Shown one piece after another: positions 17,701-31,510 of a DNA stretch of 64,000 nt. The notes below the pieces were generated by a model that saw only the letters and a program-made list of their open reading frames with translations, was not told the origin of the DNA and did no database searches. Source of the DNA: the human T2T-CHM13v2.0 reference genome, Homo sapiens; NCBI RefSeq assembly GCF_009914755.1, contig NC_060929.1; one strand, written 5' to 3'. Position 1 is the first letter of the stretch; each line of letters begins with the position of its first letter. The translations under genes and the position numbers were made by a program.

Positions 17701-18126
17701 TGGGGAAACAGTGTCAGCTCCCTCTCTGGGGGTAACTCAGCATGTGGCCTTGGGAGAGCTCTCTCAGCTGGGCTTGAGCCTGTAAGAGTCTTTGGTAGCA
17801 AAGACTGCAGTGTCTGTGGAGGTGACAGAAGCTACTGGGATCCTTTTGCTTATCTTTTCCCTGCAGAAAGGAGTCCCTCTTGGTTCCAAGATGATCCTAA
17901 CTGAGGAGATTGGGTGGCAGAGGCAAGGTGTTTCCTTCCTTTCCCTATATGACCATCCTGGGTTTCTGTGCTCTGCAAGATTTCTACTGCTTCTTTGCTG
18001 TTCTCCAGAGCTCTCCTTCAGTCCTTTTGGTTGAAATATAGGTGTTTATTCATTGTTTTTTGTTTTCCTGGGTGGGGGGGCGGGAAGAGCACTAGGAGCT
18101 TGTAGTCAGTCACCTTGTTGACATCA
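14749..18126 (-). mobile_element. Second L1M: 5' region, ORF1 and inter-ORF only (3'-truncated), nested in the host L1
   Basis: ORF 14982-15482 is the L1 ORF1p C-terminal part (RILKAARGKHQVTYK...CQSRILYPAKLSFRNEGEVKSFPNKEKLKEFITT...LQEMLK). GC-richer degenerate 5'UTR at about 16330-18120. Confidence 0.85.
15649..15961 (+). mobile_element. MER1B-like hAT-Charlie non-autonomous DNA transposon
   Basis: TIRs cagggatccccaacc / ggttggggaccactg; internal ctcctgtcagatcagc...cattagattctcata; degenerate 8-bp TSD ctctattg/ctctctcg. Confidence 0.88.
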
Positions 18127-18810
18127 CCTTTTTACCCATTTTTTAAATGGGGTTGTCTCTGAGTTATTGAGTTCTGAATATTCTACATTCTAAATACAAA
18201 ATCTTTTTCAGAAATATGTATTGAAAATACATTCTCTCAATCTGCGGCTTGTTCATTTCCTTAACAGTATCTTTAAAAGAACATAGTTTAATTTCATGAA
18301 GTCAAATTTATTAGTTTTAGTTTTATCATTTCTATTTCTTGGTTTTTGTGTCCTAAGAATCTCTGCCTATCCGAAAGTCATGACGATTTTTCTCCTAATT
18401 TTTCTGGAGGTTTTATAGTTTTAGCACTTACGTTTAGGTTTATAATCCATTTCGAGTTGACTTTTGTGCATGGCATGAAGTAAAAGTTGAGGTTCATTAT
18501 TTTCCTTATGAGCATTCAGGCATTCCAGCACCATTTGTTGAAAAGACTAACCTTTCTCCATCAAATTACCTTGACAAATTTGTTGAAAATCAATTGGCCA
18601 CCTATGTAAGGGAGGATTTCTGGACCCTATTCCATTTCATTGATCTATGTGTCCATATTTATGCCAATGCCATGCCATCTTGATTACTGTAGCTTTATAG
18701 TAAGCCTTTCAATCAGGTAGTGTAAGCCCTCCAACACTGTTCTTCTTTTTTAAAGAAAAAATTGTTTTAGCTCTTCTCAGTTCTTCCCATTTTCATAAAA
18801 AATTTAGAAT
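18127..18810 (-). mobile_element. L1M host segment 3 (ORF2 remnant)
   Basis: ccagcaccatttgttgaaaagact...tcttgattactgtagctttatagta resumes the host L1 after the insertion. Confidence 0.85.
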
Positions 18811-21800
18811 ACCATCATTAAAAGGTATTTAGGAATGTGGTAAGTTTCACTGTGTTGACTGTAGCAGAAAAAAAGATGAAACTAGATCCAGAGATGAAAA
18901 CTTAGATGCAAGTTGGAGGTTGGTTAGTTCCGTGCAGTGATGGGGAAAATGGCCTATTACCAGGATGCAGTATTATTCTGTCAGTAAATAACAGTTCTAC
19001 ACAGAGATGTGTTCTCCACGAGCCACCCACTCCCTTTCTTCAGGAGAGGAATGTCTTTCAGATACACATGCCACGCAAGTACATTGTTAATGGTAGAGAC
19101 AATCAACCTTCAAAGTCCCGCCTCTATTTCACTCCTGTCTTTTACCAAATCTTCTCACCTCTGGGTGAGTTGACCTGGACCACATGGGGGTACTCACAGG
19201 TATGTGGAGGGTGGTAATAAAACGTCATGATGGATGAGGAGGTTTGAAAAGGATGAAGCTCTACACCAATATAAGGGGTTGTTATTAATAACACTCTTTA
19301 TAATATTTGAAAGAGGGTGGGGTGTGTGTGGGACCAAAGCTGTCTTCATGACTCCAAAACTTCAGTCAGTCACATGAAAAGAGCAGTTTACCTTATGTTT
19401 GGCATCAGGTGGGTTTCCACTTGTTGAAACTAGGGACTCAGTTTAGGAAAAACAAGAGGGCAGGGTCTGGATCAGGAATTCTGTTAGCACCTTTGTCATT
19501 CTTGAGTTAAAGCGTGAAACAACAGTCACCCCTCACCAGCATTCTCCTGTGGTCTGAAGAGTGCCAGAGTCCAGATCAAGCCAGCTAAGAAGAATGTTAC
19601 CATCAGACCATCCTTATTACATTTACCTTCTCCAGAACGCTGGGTGATCCTGCTGACTATTAGCTGAGAAAATATCGAGGCATGGCTGATAGCATCTCCT
19701 CCATATGGAACTGATTCCCATATGAGCAAGTCAGTGTCCCTATGCCTGACTCCTGTGCCTGAGCCCACCTCACCCACACAGACAAGGGAAGCCAGGCTAA
19801 AAAGTGGTTGCATGACTCAACTCAGCCATGCCACCTATCAAGACCTTACTGAGAACCCTAGATTAGGCAGCTATGCCGAACATTTATATACTTGGTATCC
19901 AGAGACGCCATCGACTCTGAGCACAACATGCCCCACAGTCCCTGAAACACTCCTCTTGCAAAAGTAGTCCTGAAGCTGGTGGGTCCCCATCTACAAGGAA
20001 GGGCAGCTTCCCCATCTGTGTCCTTTTTGGGGAGCTTTATCTCACCGAGGCACAGCCATCCTCACTCTCCTCCAGAAGATGTTACTGCTACTGAAATTAT
20101 TCCAATTTCCTTTATCCCCATGAGCGAGCCAGGAGAAGGCACAGAGGGGGTTTTTGTGGCTCTAGGGGCCATTTCTTTCCATTGCAGAGTTTAACATATT
20201 TTAGTATTGTGTGCACTGAAAATAACAAAGGGATAGATTCAAGGGGGGCTGGGCAGGTGGCTTCAAATACAGCCCCTTGTATGGAAAAAGGATCCCGGCT
20301 GAATAATGCACCTTCAGCTTCAAAAAAGTATGAAGCGATTTAATTTGTAAAACCAATCAGACTTCAAATAATGAAAATAAAACCAGTTTGAACAATTCTT
20401 TCTTATGCTCCCATCCTTTGCTGAACGAAATTAAGATAGGCATATCGCCACTTCACATGCAAGATAAAGCTCTGTTTCACATAAAAGCATCTTTTTCATT
20501 TTTTTCAAAGTCTGGATCCTCCTATGTTAATGTTTGAATTATTCCTGAGCTGCAAATTGGAGACCGTGGCATGTCGGTGTATTAACTATGCATTGGAAAA
20601 CCGGGTGGCAGGTGGGGAACCATCACTTTATTCTCAACCATGTCTTCACATCATACAAACCACATCCCACATCCAGAGCTAACTATGTCCCAGACAAAGA
20701 GAAGATGCAGGGACCCAGAGACCAATCAATGTTCAGAAGTAGCAGGACAGAAAATGAAATGGAAAAGCTCCAGCAGGCAGCAAACTTTGCAACAACAAAG
20801 GGCATTTTAATGACTATAAGATTTAGCTTGACCCTAGTGCAAGCTGAAATTCAGACAGCTACTTCCTGAAGGGTTAAAGAATCATTGCAGACAGACCAGA
20901 ACACTAGTTTAAACTTAAAAAAAAAAAAGTTATCCTCTTCCATTGTTGAAGCTGTCATTCTTGCTGAAGCTGTATCTATATAATAAATGCATCCTGAAGA
21001 GCAGCAGGAGAAAATCATCAACATTCCACCCATCTTCCCACTGGGCACACCTGGGGACCAGTCACCAAGGGCTGTGGTGTGAGGCTAACTGTAAAGGGAC
21101 AATTGATCAATAATTTCTCCAAGAGCCCAGGGACTGGGAGAGACTGCCCTACAAGGTTGAGGTAGGACAAGGAGCCTCTTCAGGGTCAAAGGAGTGAAGG
21201 CCCAGCCAACATCTTAGCTTCTAAGTCCAGGAAGACTGCAAAGCAGGACACAGATTTTTGCTCACATCTGAATCCTGGAACCATTCCACACTAGAGTAAA
21301 ACAGAAAGTTCAGTATGAATCAGTGGCCATCCTGTTTCAGACAACTGAAATAAACCCTTGGAACACAGTGCCATGAAGACAGTGAAGAGCCTGGGAACAG
21401 GAAAGGATTCCAGGATGCAGCGTCAGGGGAGCCAAGAGCACGAGGGCTGTTGCTGGCCTGAGGACACCTATCACCATGTCTTGAAGCCCCACTAGGAACT
21501 GAGGGTAGTGGAAAAAGGATGGAAAGAGAGGAGCATCAGTAACTTACAGACAGGTTTTGCTGGCCCTTTGTGCATATAAGGAGAGAAGGGTGAGGTGAAA
21601 AGGGGCCAAGATGACAGTAGCAGCTGCCCAGCCTGACCCAGCACAAGGACAGGGCCTGTAGAAGAGATGGCATTCCAGCCTGTTTACAGGGACCTGTGCT
21701 TTACAGCCACTCAACAGATTTGTACTGTTCCAAGCCTGGGAGTAGCTATTTGAGATAGAAATGTGAACAAAAACAGGGATCATCACTAGCACATAGCAGA

Positions 21801-22379
21801 TTCTGAGCACTCAGCAAATAACTGTTGCATAGCCAAATGGTCCCCAATGCTCAAGGACCTACAATGAGAACCTGCAGAAGCAAAAGTCTCCCAGGTACAG
21901 GTTCAGAGCTGCCATGTATCCCAGTCAGCACCTCTGTGGTTAGTACGCCTGGAGATCTGTGTACCTTCAACCAGGGAAGTAGCCTCCAGAAAACCTCAGA
22001 AGTACCCACACTAGCATACGATTTGGAAACTAGGTGCTGGGGGTAAATAAGGTCCATCCACCTTTATCACTGGAAGCTGGACTTCATGCTTCCTAAAGAA
22101 GACACCTCCAAATCAAGGGATAGGACTAAAAAGATGCAACTGGCAGGAGGATATGATTCCTAGATTCCTGAAGGAAAACTCTTTTGTTTAGAGGAACTGG
22201 AATCAGCCTGCATGAAATATGATAGTCCTCAATGTGGTACATTTCTCCTTGGAAATTGCAACATGGTATGAAGTGATTGGAGACAGAATGGTCTGTAGTC
22301 AGATCGGATGTCTAACCAAATAAAAGAGGTAGGGAGAGTATCAGATAGTGTTCTTTAATTGTGAGCAATGTATATCAGA

Positions 22380-22462
22380 AGGAAAGAAGGAAGAGAAGGA
22401 AGGGAGGGTGGGGGAAAAAGAAAAGAGAAAAAGAAAAGGAAAAAGAAAAGAAAAAGAGGAAT
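22380..22462. repeat. A/G-rich low complexity
   Basis: (GAAAA)n-like purine run. Confidence 0.8.
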
Positions 22463-22798
22463 TTATCAGAAGGATAAAGTGTAGCTCAGCTAGTCAAAGG
22501 TCTTCAGAAAGACAGGAATAAATCGGCCCAAGAACTGCCTTGAGTGACATGAGCTCCCAGGCCATGACCTTGGGGAACAGCTCTGAGGAAAACTGCATTC
22601 TACATTCCAAGGCCAGGAGACAGTGTCTGATAGGCCCAGTTCAGCCACATGCTGAAGCTGAGAGGAACAATTTCTGGAATTAGGTGGGGAAAGGTTCCTG
22701 AAAGGCAAGAGGGGTCCTCTTATCAAGGAAATAAAAGAACCCCATCACATACGACCCCTTGGTTGCCTGGCACATGAATTCCTGCATATGTAGATTTA

Positions 22799-22803
<5 letters not shown>

Positions 22804-22835
<32 letters not shown>
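22804..22835. repeat. (CA)n microsatellite
   Basis: About 16 perfect units. Confidence 0.95.
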
Positions 22836-22837
<2 letters not shown>

Positions 22838-22867
22838 ATACCCCTGTCCAGGCAGCCATATAACTGA

Positions 22868-23065
22868 AGGGCTTTGGAGGCAGATTGTCAAGGTTTGAAT
22901 CCTGGCTTGACCAATGCATGACCTTGGGAGAGCTACTTAAACTTTATACGTCTCTTTCCTCATTTGTAAAACAGGTATAATATCCCTACTAAGTGTTGCT
23001 GGGAGGGTTAAATAAATAATGCATATGGAATTTTAGCACAGTATCTGGAGTGCCCAATAAGTATT
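22868..23065 (+). mobile_element. MIR SINE
   Basis: ggtttgaatcctggc...tgaccttgggagagctacttaa...cctcatttgtaaaa. Confidence 0.8.
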
Positions 23066-26000
23066 AATTGTGGAGGTTTTCCACATATACTTTTTAAAAT
23101 CCCCCCAACACCTAACATTGTATTACCATCTCATCTCTTCTCAAAAGGAAACAGCCCCAAACCATTTCTAGTTACTGCATTTAACTTCAAGCCCAAGATC
23201 TCTGGATAACATTCATTCCTCCCACCTCAATATTCTACCACCTACAGGCTAAATGGCAAATTTACCCACCACCAACCCACCTTACTAAATGAGGGAGAAG
23301 AGAAGAAGAAAAAGAAGGAAAATTTCAAGAGTATAAGATTCAGAAGGCAAGGAGATATCTAGAGAGTCCTGCCCTTTGTATTACCCCACCCCCCAATCCT
23401 GAGGAGAAGATGCCAGGTTCTGAAAACACCTGGCTCTGGGTTTGAGAGGAACGAGTCTCTCAAGCGGAAGGGCAGGCTCAGTGGGAAGAGCCCTGAGGAC
23501 ACCTGACACTCTTGACTCTCATTCTGGACTCACCAAACAACCTTCAGACAATTCAGGCAGTTTCATGGCCCCAGAAAACGCAATGTGGCCACCTGCCATC
23601 TGGTAGACTGCTTGTCCACTTCTCAGATAGTTGACTAGTAAATTGACTTTGATTGTGGGAGCCTGAGGAGACTGATGTGAGGTTAGCCTGGCTGAAGCAG
23701 TCCTTTTTGGACTTGATTTCCCATATATGGACAGACTGAAGGCAGATATTAAAGTCATGTGGGAAGATATAACTGTGCCATTCCTTATCTCTAGGGCAGT
23801 GGCCAGAGAGTTCCAAAGTGGAGGAAGTAAAATTTCTCATCTCTCAACTGTGTCCCCTCATCAAGATTCTCTGTATTCTTCTTAAAGAAGAGCCAACTAT
23901 TTTTCTTCTCACTGTGTCTTATTAAGCCCCTTCTGTGTCAGGCTTCCTGACATGAATGAAAGTGAACTAGACGGGACTCAGGAGACCTCACTTTTATTCC
24001 CAGCTGTGTGATCCTGTCAGCACATTGCCCTCTGAGGCCTCGGGTCCCACAGCTGCACGATGATGGGAAGGATGACCTGGTATGCCAGACCCAGCCCAAA
24101 TCACTCCTGATTCTACACAAGTCTAGAGAACTCACATCCCAGCTGGCCATACCTGGACAACGGTGTCCTTCATCAAGTCCAGCAAAGCTGCTAGACGCTT
24201 TCTGGAAGGAAATATGGCCAGGCCCAGATGGTTGATTAAAAACAGAAAGTTCCTGTGATGGCAAACCAGCCATCGAGGAGAGGCATGCAAAGTTAACTGA
24301 CACATCTGAGCCTCCATTTACTTTGAGATGATTTTTAAATTTCATCTTGGCTAAAGAAACCAGCCCATCTGTCTGGCTTCTGGAGCAATTAGAGAACACA
24401 GTAGAACTTGGAAGGCAGAAAGTGAAACAAACAAACAAAAAAGAGTGAGAAATACAACCAAGAATGGGGTGCTTAATGCCTTGGATGTGTCCAAGAGAAG
24501 AAGAGAGATGGGAGGTAGACCCTGGGGAATGGATGCAGACTCTGGACCTGACTAGAACATTTTAGGGCCAGATGGCCGCTCTGATGCTGATCTGCTTGAG
24601 AAATCCCAGGCAGTCTGTATGTGGGGCAGGCAGAGAACTGGCCCATTTTCCCTTTATAGAATCAGCAGAGAAAAGGGGTAAAGAAACACTGGGCACGATT
24701 TAGGGTGGGCACTTGTTTCTTGCCTGATATCGGGGCCGACACTGGAAAGCTCTCTCGGGGAGGTTGTGATCAAGTCATCTGTGTCCATGGAAACTCCAAT
24801 TATAACCCATTCGTACTGTGGTCTGGACAGGACTCGACTGGACGAGCCCTGGCCTGAAGACAGGGATGGAAAAAAAGCAAGTCATCTACACTCTGGAAAA
24901 GATGCAAAACCCTGTCTCAACCCATCTATACTGCAGCCTACATAAGAAACCACATCTCACAGGAGAAGGAGAGTAGGCTTAAGAGGGGAACATCACAGGG
25001 AACCAGATGTCAAGAGATACCCCAAGGCCACACAGCAAGCTAGAAACACAAACACTCTAACACATGGTCCAGTTCTCTTTTCATACAGAATCTGGAAAGT
25101 GGGAGGGAGGTTTCTTAGAGAGATGATAGGCTGGGAGTTTACACATATGCAGGAAAAAGACTAGGTATTTAGAGCTTGGCTTGGGTGGGGGGCCAAGGGA
25201 GTCAGAGGGTCACAGTTATCCTTATACTATGCCCTTGAAAGTAGCAATAAACAAAAAGGGAAAAAAGATAAAGCAGGACAGAGGGGCTGCCGGCCGGCAG
25301 TGGGATGCCTACTGAGTCACAGAGCATCCCCCAAGGTGCAAGGAGCTGCTGACCGGAGAGGAAGCAGACAGACACTGCTGGGGTGCTGGCAGCTTTCCTT
25401 TCAATCTGGTCAGAGACTTACTCCAAAAGAAATAAGCATTTTCTAATTATCTCTAAAATTGGCATTCCTTCCTCTCCCTTATTCTAAGATTCTAGATACT
25501 CAAAAGCTTCACCAGCCCCTTTTTTCCAGAGGGCAGGAGAGGTCCAGCTCAGGCATCATCTGATAAATGCCCACTCCCTCCAGCTGAGGATGGTCCCCAG
25601 TGACTCAGGCACAAGCAACCTGTGTGCTTCCCACCGGGCACTTGGGATTGATGGCTCTGTCCTAAGAGTAGGACCCTGCTAAGGTCAATCTAGAGCCAGG
25701 TATCTCTATCAGGCAGGCCCCACACAGGCTCTGAGGAGCAGGAAACCTGTTAGGTAGTCTGTGATCACCCAGGGCCCCCGAACTTGTTTACTAGAGTGAG
25801 AAGAAGGGGAGGTGTGTGGTGCAGGTACCAACCTGGGCCTGTGTACTGATCCTCACTGGGCCTGCACTGTGGGCCCCGAGGAAGATGGCCCTGCACAGGG
25901 GGTCAATCCACAATCAGCAGACCCTAGAACTCCCAGAAGAGACACTGGGCAGAACCAGAGGGCTGGAGACACTCCAGTAGGTGCCATCTAAATTACTCCC

Positions 26001-26299
26001 TGCACATCTCTGGAGCCTGTCTGTGCCACAGATGCTTTAATTGCCCTTCACTTCCCTAGTCCAGCCCTAGGAACAGGGTGAGAAACTTCCAGAAAGCCCA
26101 TCCGTCAGCAGGTTTCGTCTCCCCACCCACACCCAGCGAAAACTACCATCTCACCAGTACTGCTGACTACCCCTTGCACAGCCTCCTCCCGGCCTCCCCT
26201 TTTCACCCACTTACATCGGTCACACACTTCCCACTGCCCGCCCAGCTCCAGATCCTGCGCTTGCCCACTACCACTGCTTTCCTCTTTGCTTTTCCACAG

Positions 26300-26491
26300 G
26301 TCCAGGCCCTCCGGCAGCAGTGAATTGAGAGCCCAGGCCTGCACGGCCCACAGTGCAGGGGTCCCCGGGCTCTCCATCCCCACTTCCAGTTGGCTACCCC
26401 TGATGAAGGGGCCACCTGAGGTGGCTCAGAGTAATATCCAGACCCAGCCAGTGAACAGGGAGATGGATGCTGCCGGCTTTGACTTCTCACT
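26300..26491 (+). CDS. Candidate exon A of a putative spliced ORF (unknown product)
   Basis: Strong acceptor ctttcctctttgcttttccacag|G; weak donor CT|GTGTGT. Open frame SRPSGSSELRAQ...AAGFDFS, phase-compatible with the exon at 35333. First in-frame ATG at 26403. Confidence 0.35.
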
Positions 26492-26954
26492 GTGTGTCAC
26501 TGGTTCCAGGTCCACCAGACCCCTCATGCCACACATGGCTTCTCTATGCTCAAGTCCGTAATTGCATTCCTTCCTGAACAGTTCAAGTTCTGACCCCCAC
26601 CTAGCATAGTGCTTCAGCCCATGGGAGTTTCTCAGATACTTGTTGAATTCACAAATAAATGGCACTTATCCTCAAGGTAGTTTTCCCCCAAGAAATATAT
26701 GTGGTACATATCTCTGAACTTTTGTACATAGGAATCAGTCATTCTGTTGTCTTCACTCACATGTAAAAACCAGCTTCATTGGTTATAACACTCTTAGATT
26801 CCCAGTATATCTCATGGTGGGTAATCTAGTTTTTCTGACTACATGCTTGCAATGTAGGTAGAATTTTGCCCTCCGTCCTTGAAATTCAAAAATGTTGCCC
26901 GACCATCTGAAACCCACTGATCAACATTAACACTCCTATATGTGTTATACCTAG

Positions 26955-28200
26955 ACATTGGGTACCTCCTGATATTCATAATCACATGCACAAAACACCC
27001 CCATGTGAAGTATTCTGGCCAAAAATACTGAACCCAAATCAAGGTTCTAGAGCAAACTTCCATTTTCAGGAAATAGAAAAGGCAGAAGAGCTAGTTAAAT
27101 GACACTATATGGAAGTTAACAGAAAAATCCAGATGGTGGGACATTCTGTAAAACAACTGACTCTATTTCTATAGCATGAAAAAATAATAATAAAAGGAAA
27201 GGTGTTCTGTAGATAAAAACAGATTAAAATAACAACTCCATTAGTTATCTATCACTGCATGACAAATTACTCCAAATTTTAGTGCTTAAAACACAACAAA
27301 CATTTATTAGCTCATGGTTTCGTGTGTCAGGAGCTTGGAAGTAGATTAGCTGAGTCACAGTGGCTTGGGTCTCTCATGAGGTTGCAGTCAAGATGGGAGC
27401 TGGGGCTGCGGACTCATTCAAAGGTCTGACCGAGGCTTGGATGCTCTTCCACGTGGGCCCACTCCCATGGCTGGAGCATTGATACTGGTTGTTGGCATGA
27501 CGCCTCAGTGCCTCCCCATGTGGACGTTTCTGCAGGCTGCTTGAGAGTCCTAATAACATGGCAACTGGGTTCCCCAACAGAGAACTCTCTGAGAGAGCAC
27601 AAAGTGTAAAGCCAAGTGTCTTCTATATCCTAGCCTTGGAATGCAAATATTGTTACCTCTGCCTTATTCTCTGATAAAAGAAAGTCACTAAATCCAGCCC
27701 ACATTCAAGGGGAGGGGAAGGAGTCTCCATCCTCTGAAGGAAAGAGTGTCCAAAAATGTGAGAACATCTTAAAACCACCATAGCAAGCAAATGTAACATA
27801 GAGACTTTTGTTTGGATCACAACTAAGACAAACCAATTGTAAAGGCATCCTGCAGTCAGGGAAATTATATTATGGATAGGTCTTACACAGTACCAAAGAT
27901 TATTGTTAATTTTACTAGGTATGATAATAGCATTGTAGCCATATGAGAAAAATGCCCACATTTTTACATATGTGTACAAAATATGTGGAGGTGTTATCTG
28001 AGATTTGCTGCAAAATACTCCAGCAAAAATTAAAAGAAAGAAAACCAAGGGAAAGGAGAAAAAGAATGAGAGAAGACAAGAGAATAGATGAAGCAAATGT
28101 GACAAAATTTTGATGACTTAAAATCTGGGTGACAGGCACACGATGGGGAGTCATTGCACTAACACTCTACATCTGTGTATGTTTGAAATTTTTCATAATT
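26955..28200 (+). mobile_element. L1MC/ME-like 3'UTR, split by an MLT1 LTR
   Basis: aaatccagatggtgggacattctgtaaaacaactg...; tctacatctgtgtatgtttgaaatttttcataat is the L1M 3' terminus. Confidence 0.65.
27240..27782 (-). mobile_element. MaLR LTR (MLT1-family)
   Basis: ttagttatctatcactgcatgacaaattactccaaa...gtcactaaatccagcccacattcaaggggagggg...aaaaccacca. Confidence 0.8.
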
Positions 28201-28757
28201 TGTTTTCAAATGCTAGCAGGCTATAGCTAGTTATGGATCTCATTTCACTTATCTTGCTTGGAGCGTGGTGAGCCCTTTCAATTTGTATACATGTCTCATT
28301 TCTCAGCCCAGTGTTTTCTTCTATAATATCTTTATTTCTTCTATTTCTTCTGCTCTGCTCTCTTCAGCAAGTTATCCTTGTGTCAGATCCTGGTTATCCG
28401 TGTGTCAGATCTCCACTCTCTGCCTTTCCATGTCTGTCACCTTTTCCCTCCAACTCCTTTGCATTCAGAGGGAGCATCTTGTACGTAAACCCTCACCATC
28501 ATGGGTCAACAAGTGAGAATGAACAGCGGGCTGTGCAATGCAGGAACTCAAAGAACAGGGGGCCCCATGGGACTGTGCGAGGAGGCTCCTTATCACAAAG
28601 TGCCCCTCATGCTCTCCCTCTTCCCAACAGGCCTTGCAGCATTGAAGGAAAGTCCCTCTTCACAAACATCCATTAGAAGGGAGTCCCCTGGCAAGCCCCA
28701 GAAGCACCTCATGCCTGACCCATCCCACAACCAACATGAATTTAGAAAAAAAAGGCC

Positions 28758-29055
28758 GGCCGAGCACAGTGGCTCACGCCTGTAATCCCAACACTTTGGG
28801 AGGCTGAGGGAGGCATATCACGAGGTCAGGAGATCAAGACCAGCCTGGCCAACACGGAGAAACCCCGTCTCTAGTAAAAATACAAAAATTAGCTGGGCAT
28901 GGTGGTGTGTGCCTATTAATTCCAGTTATTCAGGAGGCTGAGGCAGGAAAATCACTTGAACCAGGGAGTCAGAGGTTGCAGTGAGCCGAGATCGTGCCAC
29001 TGCATTCCAGCCTGGTGACAGAGCGAGACACCATCTAAAAAAACAAACAAAAAAC
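28758..29055 (+). mobile_element. Alu (AluS-like)
   Basis: Full dimer with A-rich tail; flanks aaaaaggcc/aaacaggcc look like a TSD. Confidence 0.95.
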
Positions 29056-30499
29056 AGGCCACAGCTCATTCCTCACGATGGCTTTTTCTTTTCCTTTGTC
29101 ATTCCCTTCACCAAAACACTTGCCTGTCCCCAAACAACCTTTGCCATTTTTAATCGCTGCGGCTGCCTTCCTGTTTCTGAGTCATAGTCTGTTAACAAGG
29201 GTCTGAGGATTTCTTTGCAACTATAGAAATAGAAAAACATATTTACCAACCTGCTAGCGTGGGTCTATTTTCTCACAAGCAATGCGAGGCCTCTGCAAGC
29301 TGAAGAGGGACCTCACGTCTCTATAACAATGTGGATTCTATTGTTATGACCCCTCCATTTGTATGGTCCTAAGCATAAGATAAATGTGTTCCTGAAAACC
29401 TGCCCTAGTGCTTCAGCTCTCCTGAAAGAAGGAGAGAGAAAACAAAACTGCATCATGGTAGAGTCGTGAAAACTAGGATTCACTTCTCCACTACCCATTT
29501 TCTGACTCAGTAAGACAAGTCTCCAGTCTCTGATGTTGAAATGCAGAGGAAGATGACAGTGGGTAGAAAGGTTTGTTACCTACACTTGACCATCCCTGGC
29601 ATGGATGCTATCAGGTGACAAGGAGGCAGGATGTGCACAGTGCCTGGAGGATGGAGGGTACCAGGAACCAACTGTGCAGGGCCTTGCAGACCATGCCGAG
29701 GAGGCTTCCAAGGAGTATAGGCCTTGGCCTACGGTAAAAGGAAGCCAAGGAGGATGTGTTCAGTTGTATTCCAGAAAAACCTTTCTGTCCACAGTGCAGG
29801 GAAGGGACTAGAAGAGGCAGAACTGATGGTAAGAAGGCCTGTTAGAGGTTGTTTTCAAGTCCAGGATACCAGTTATTACTTCAATTCTGGCATTAATTAC
29901 TTTCATGCACAACCCACTCCCATGGATACCTCTGAATCACAGGCTCTGAAGGAGGGAAGAGAGGCTGCAATTCCCCTAACTTTTCCTGGAATGGTACCTC
30001 TTGTCTTCCATTAAAGCAACAGCAGAAGGAACATGAGATTTAAAGCCACAACCTTGATTCTGCTAATCTGAAAAAAAGAAAATTATTTTGAAACACTGGT
30101 CCTTTAGTGGTCAGTCATTTGTGACTTGTGACCCTTTTTGCCACCAACCTGGATGCACAAGGAGCAGGTGGCAGCCTCACAGTCCAGACAAGAGACACCA
30201 CGGGTCTGTGAACCAGGGGTGCACAGTGGAGAGAGAAGTGAGGGAGCAGACATGAGACAAGCTGAGGACGTACAGCCAAAGGCACTGGTGCCTGGGTCCC
30301 TGCTGAGCAGCCCCTCAACTGCATTGCAGCCTGCTGGTGTCCAACCTGCAGCATGGCTCCCCAGAACAGCAGGAGACAGGTTTGCAGATGGACTGCAGCC
30401 TTGTCAGCATCAGTCATAGGTCCAGCAATGTGAGAGGCTGGCTGTGGGAGACGTGTGCATTCTAAAGCTGGAGACGTGCCCACAGAGAACAAGGGGATC

Positions 30500-31510
<1,011 letters not shown>

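Noticed and set aside
16217-18034. Cluster of overlapping 60-170 aa ORFs
   Set aside because: They lie in the GC-richer degenerate L1 5' region and show no coherent protein.
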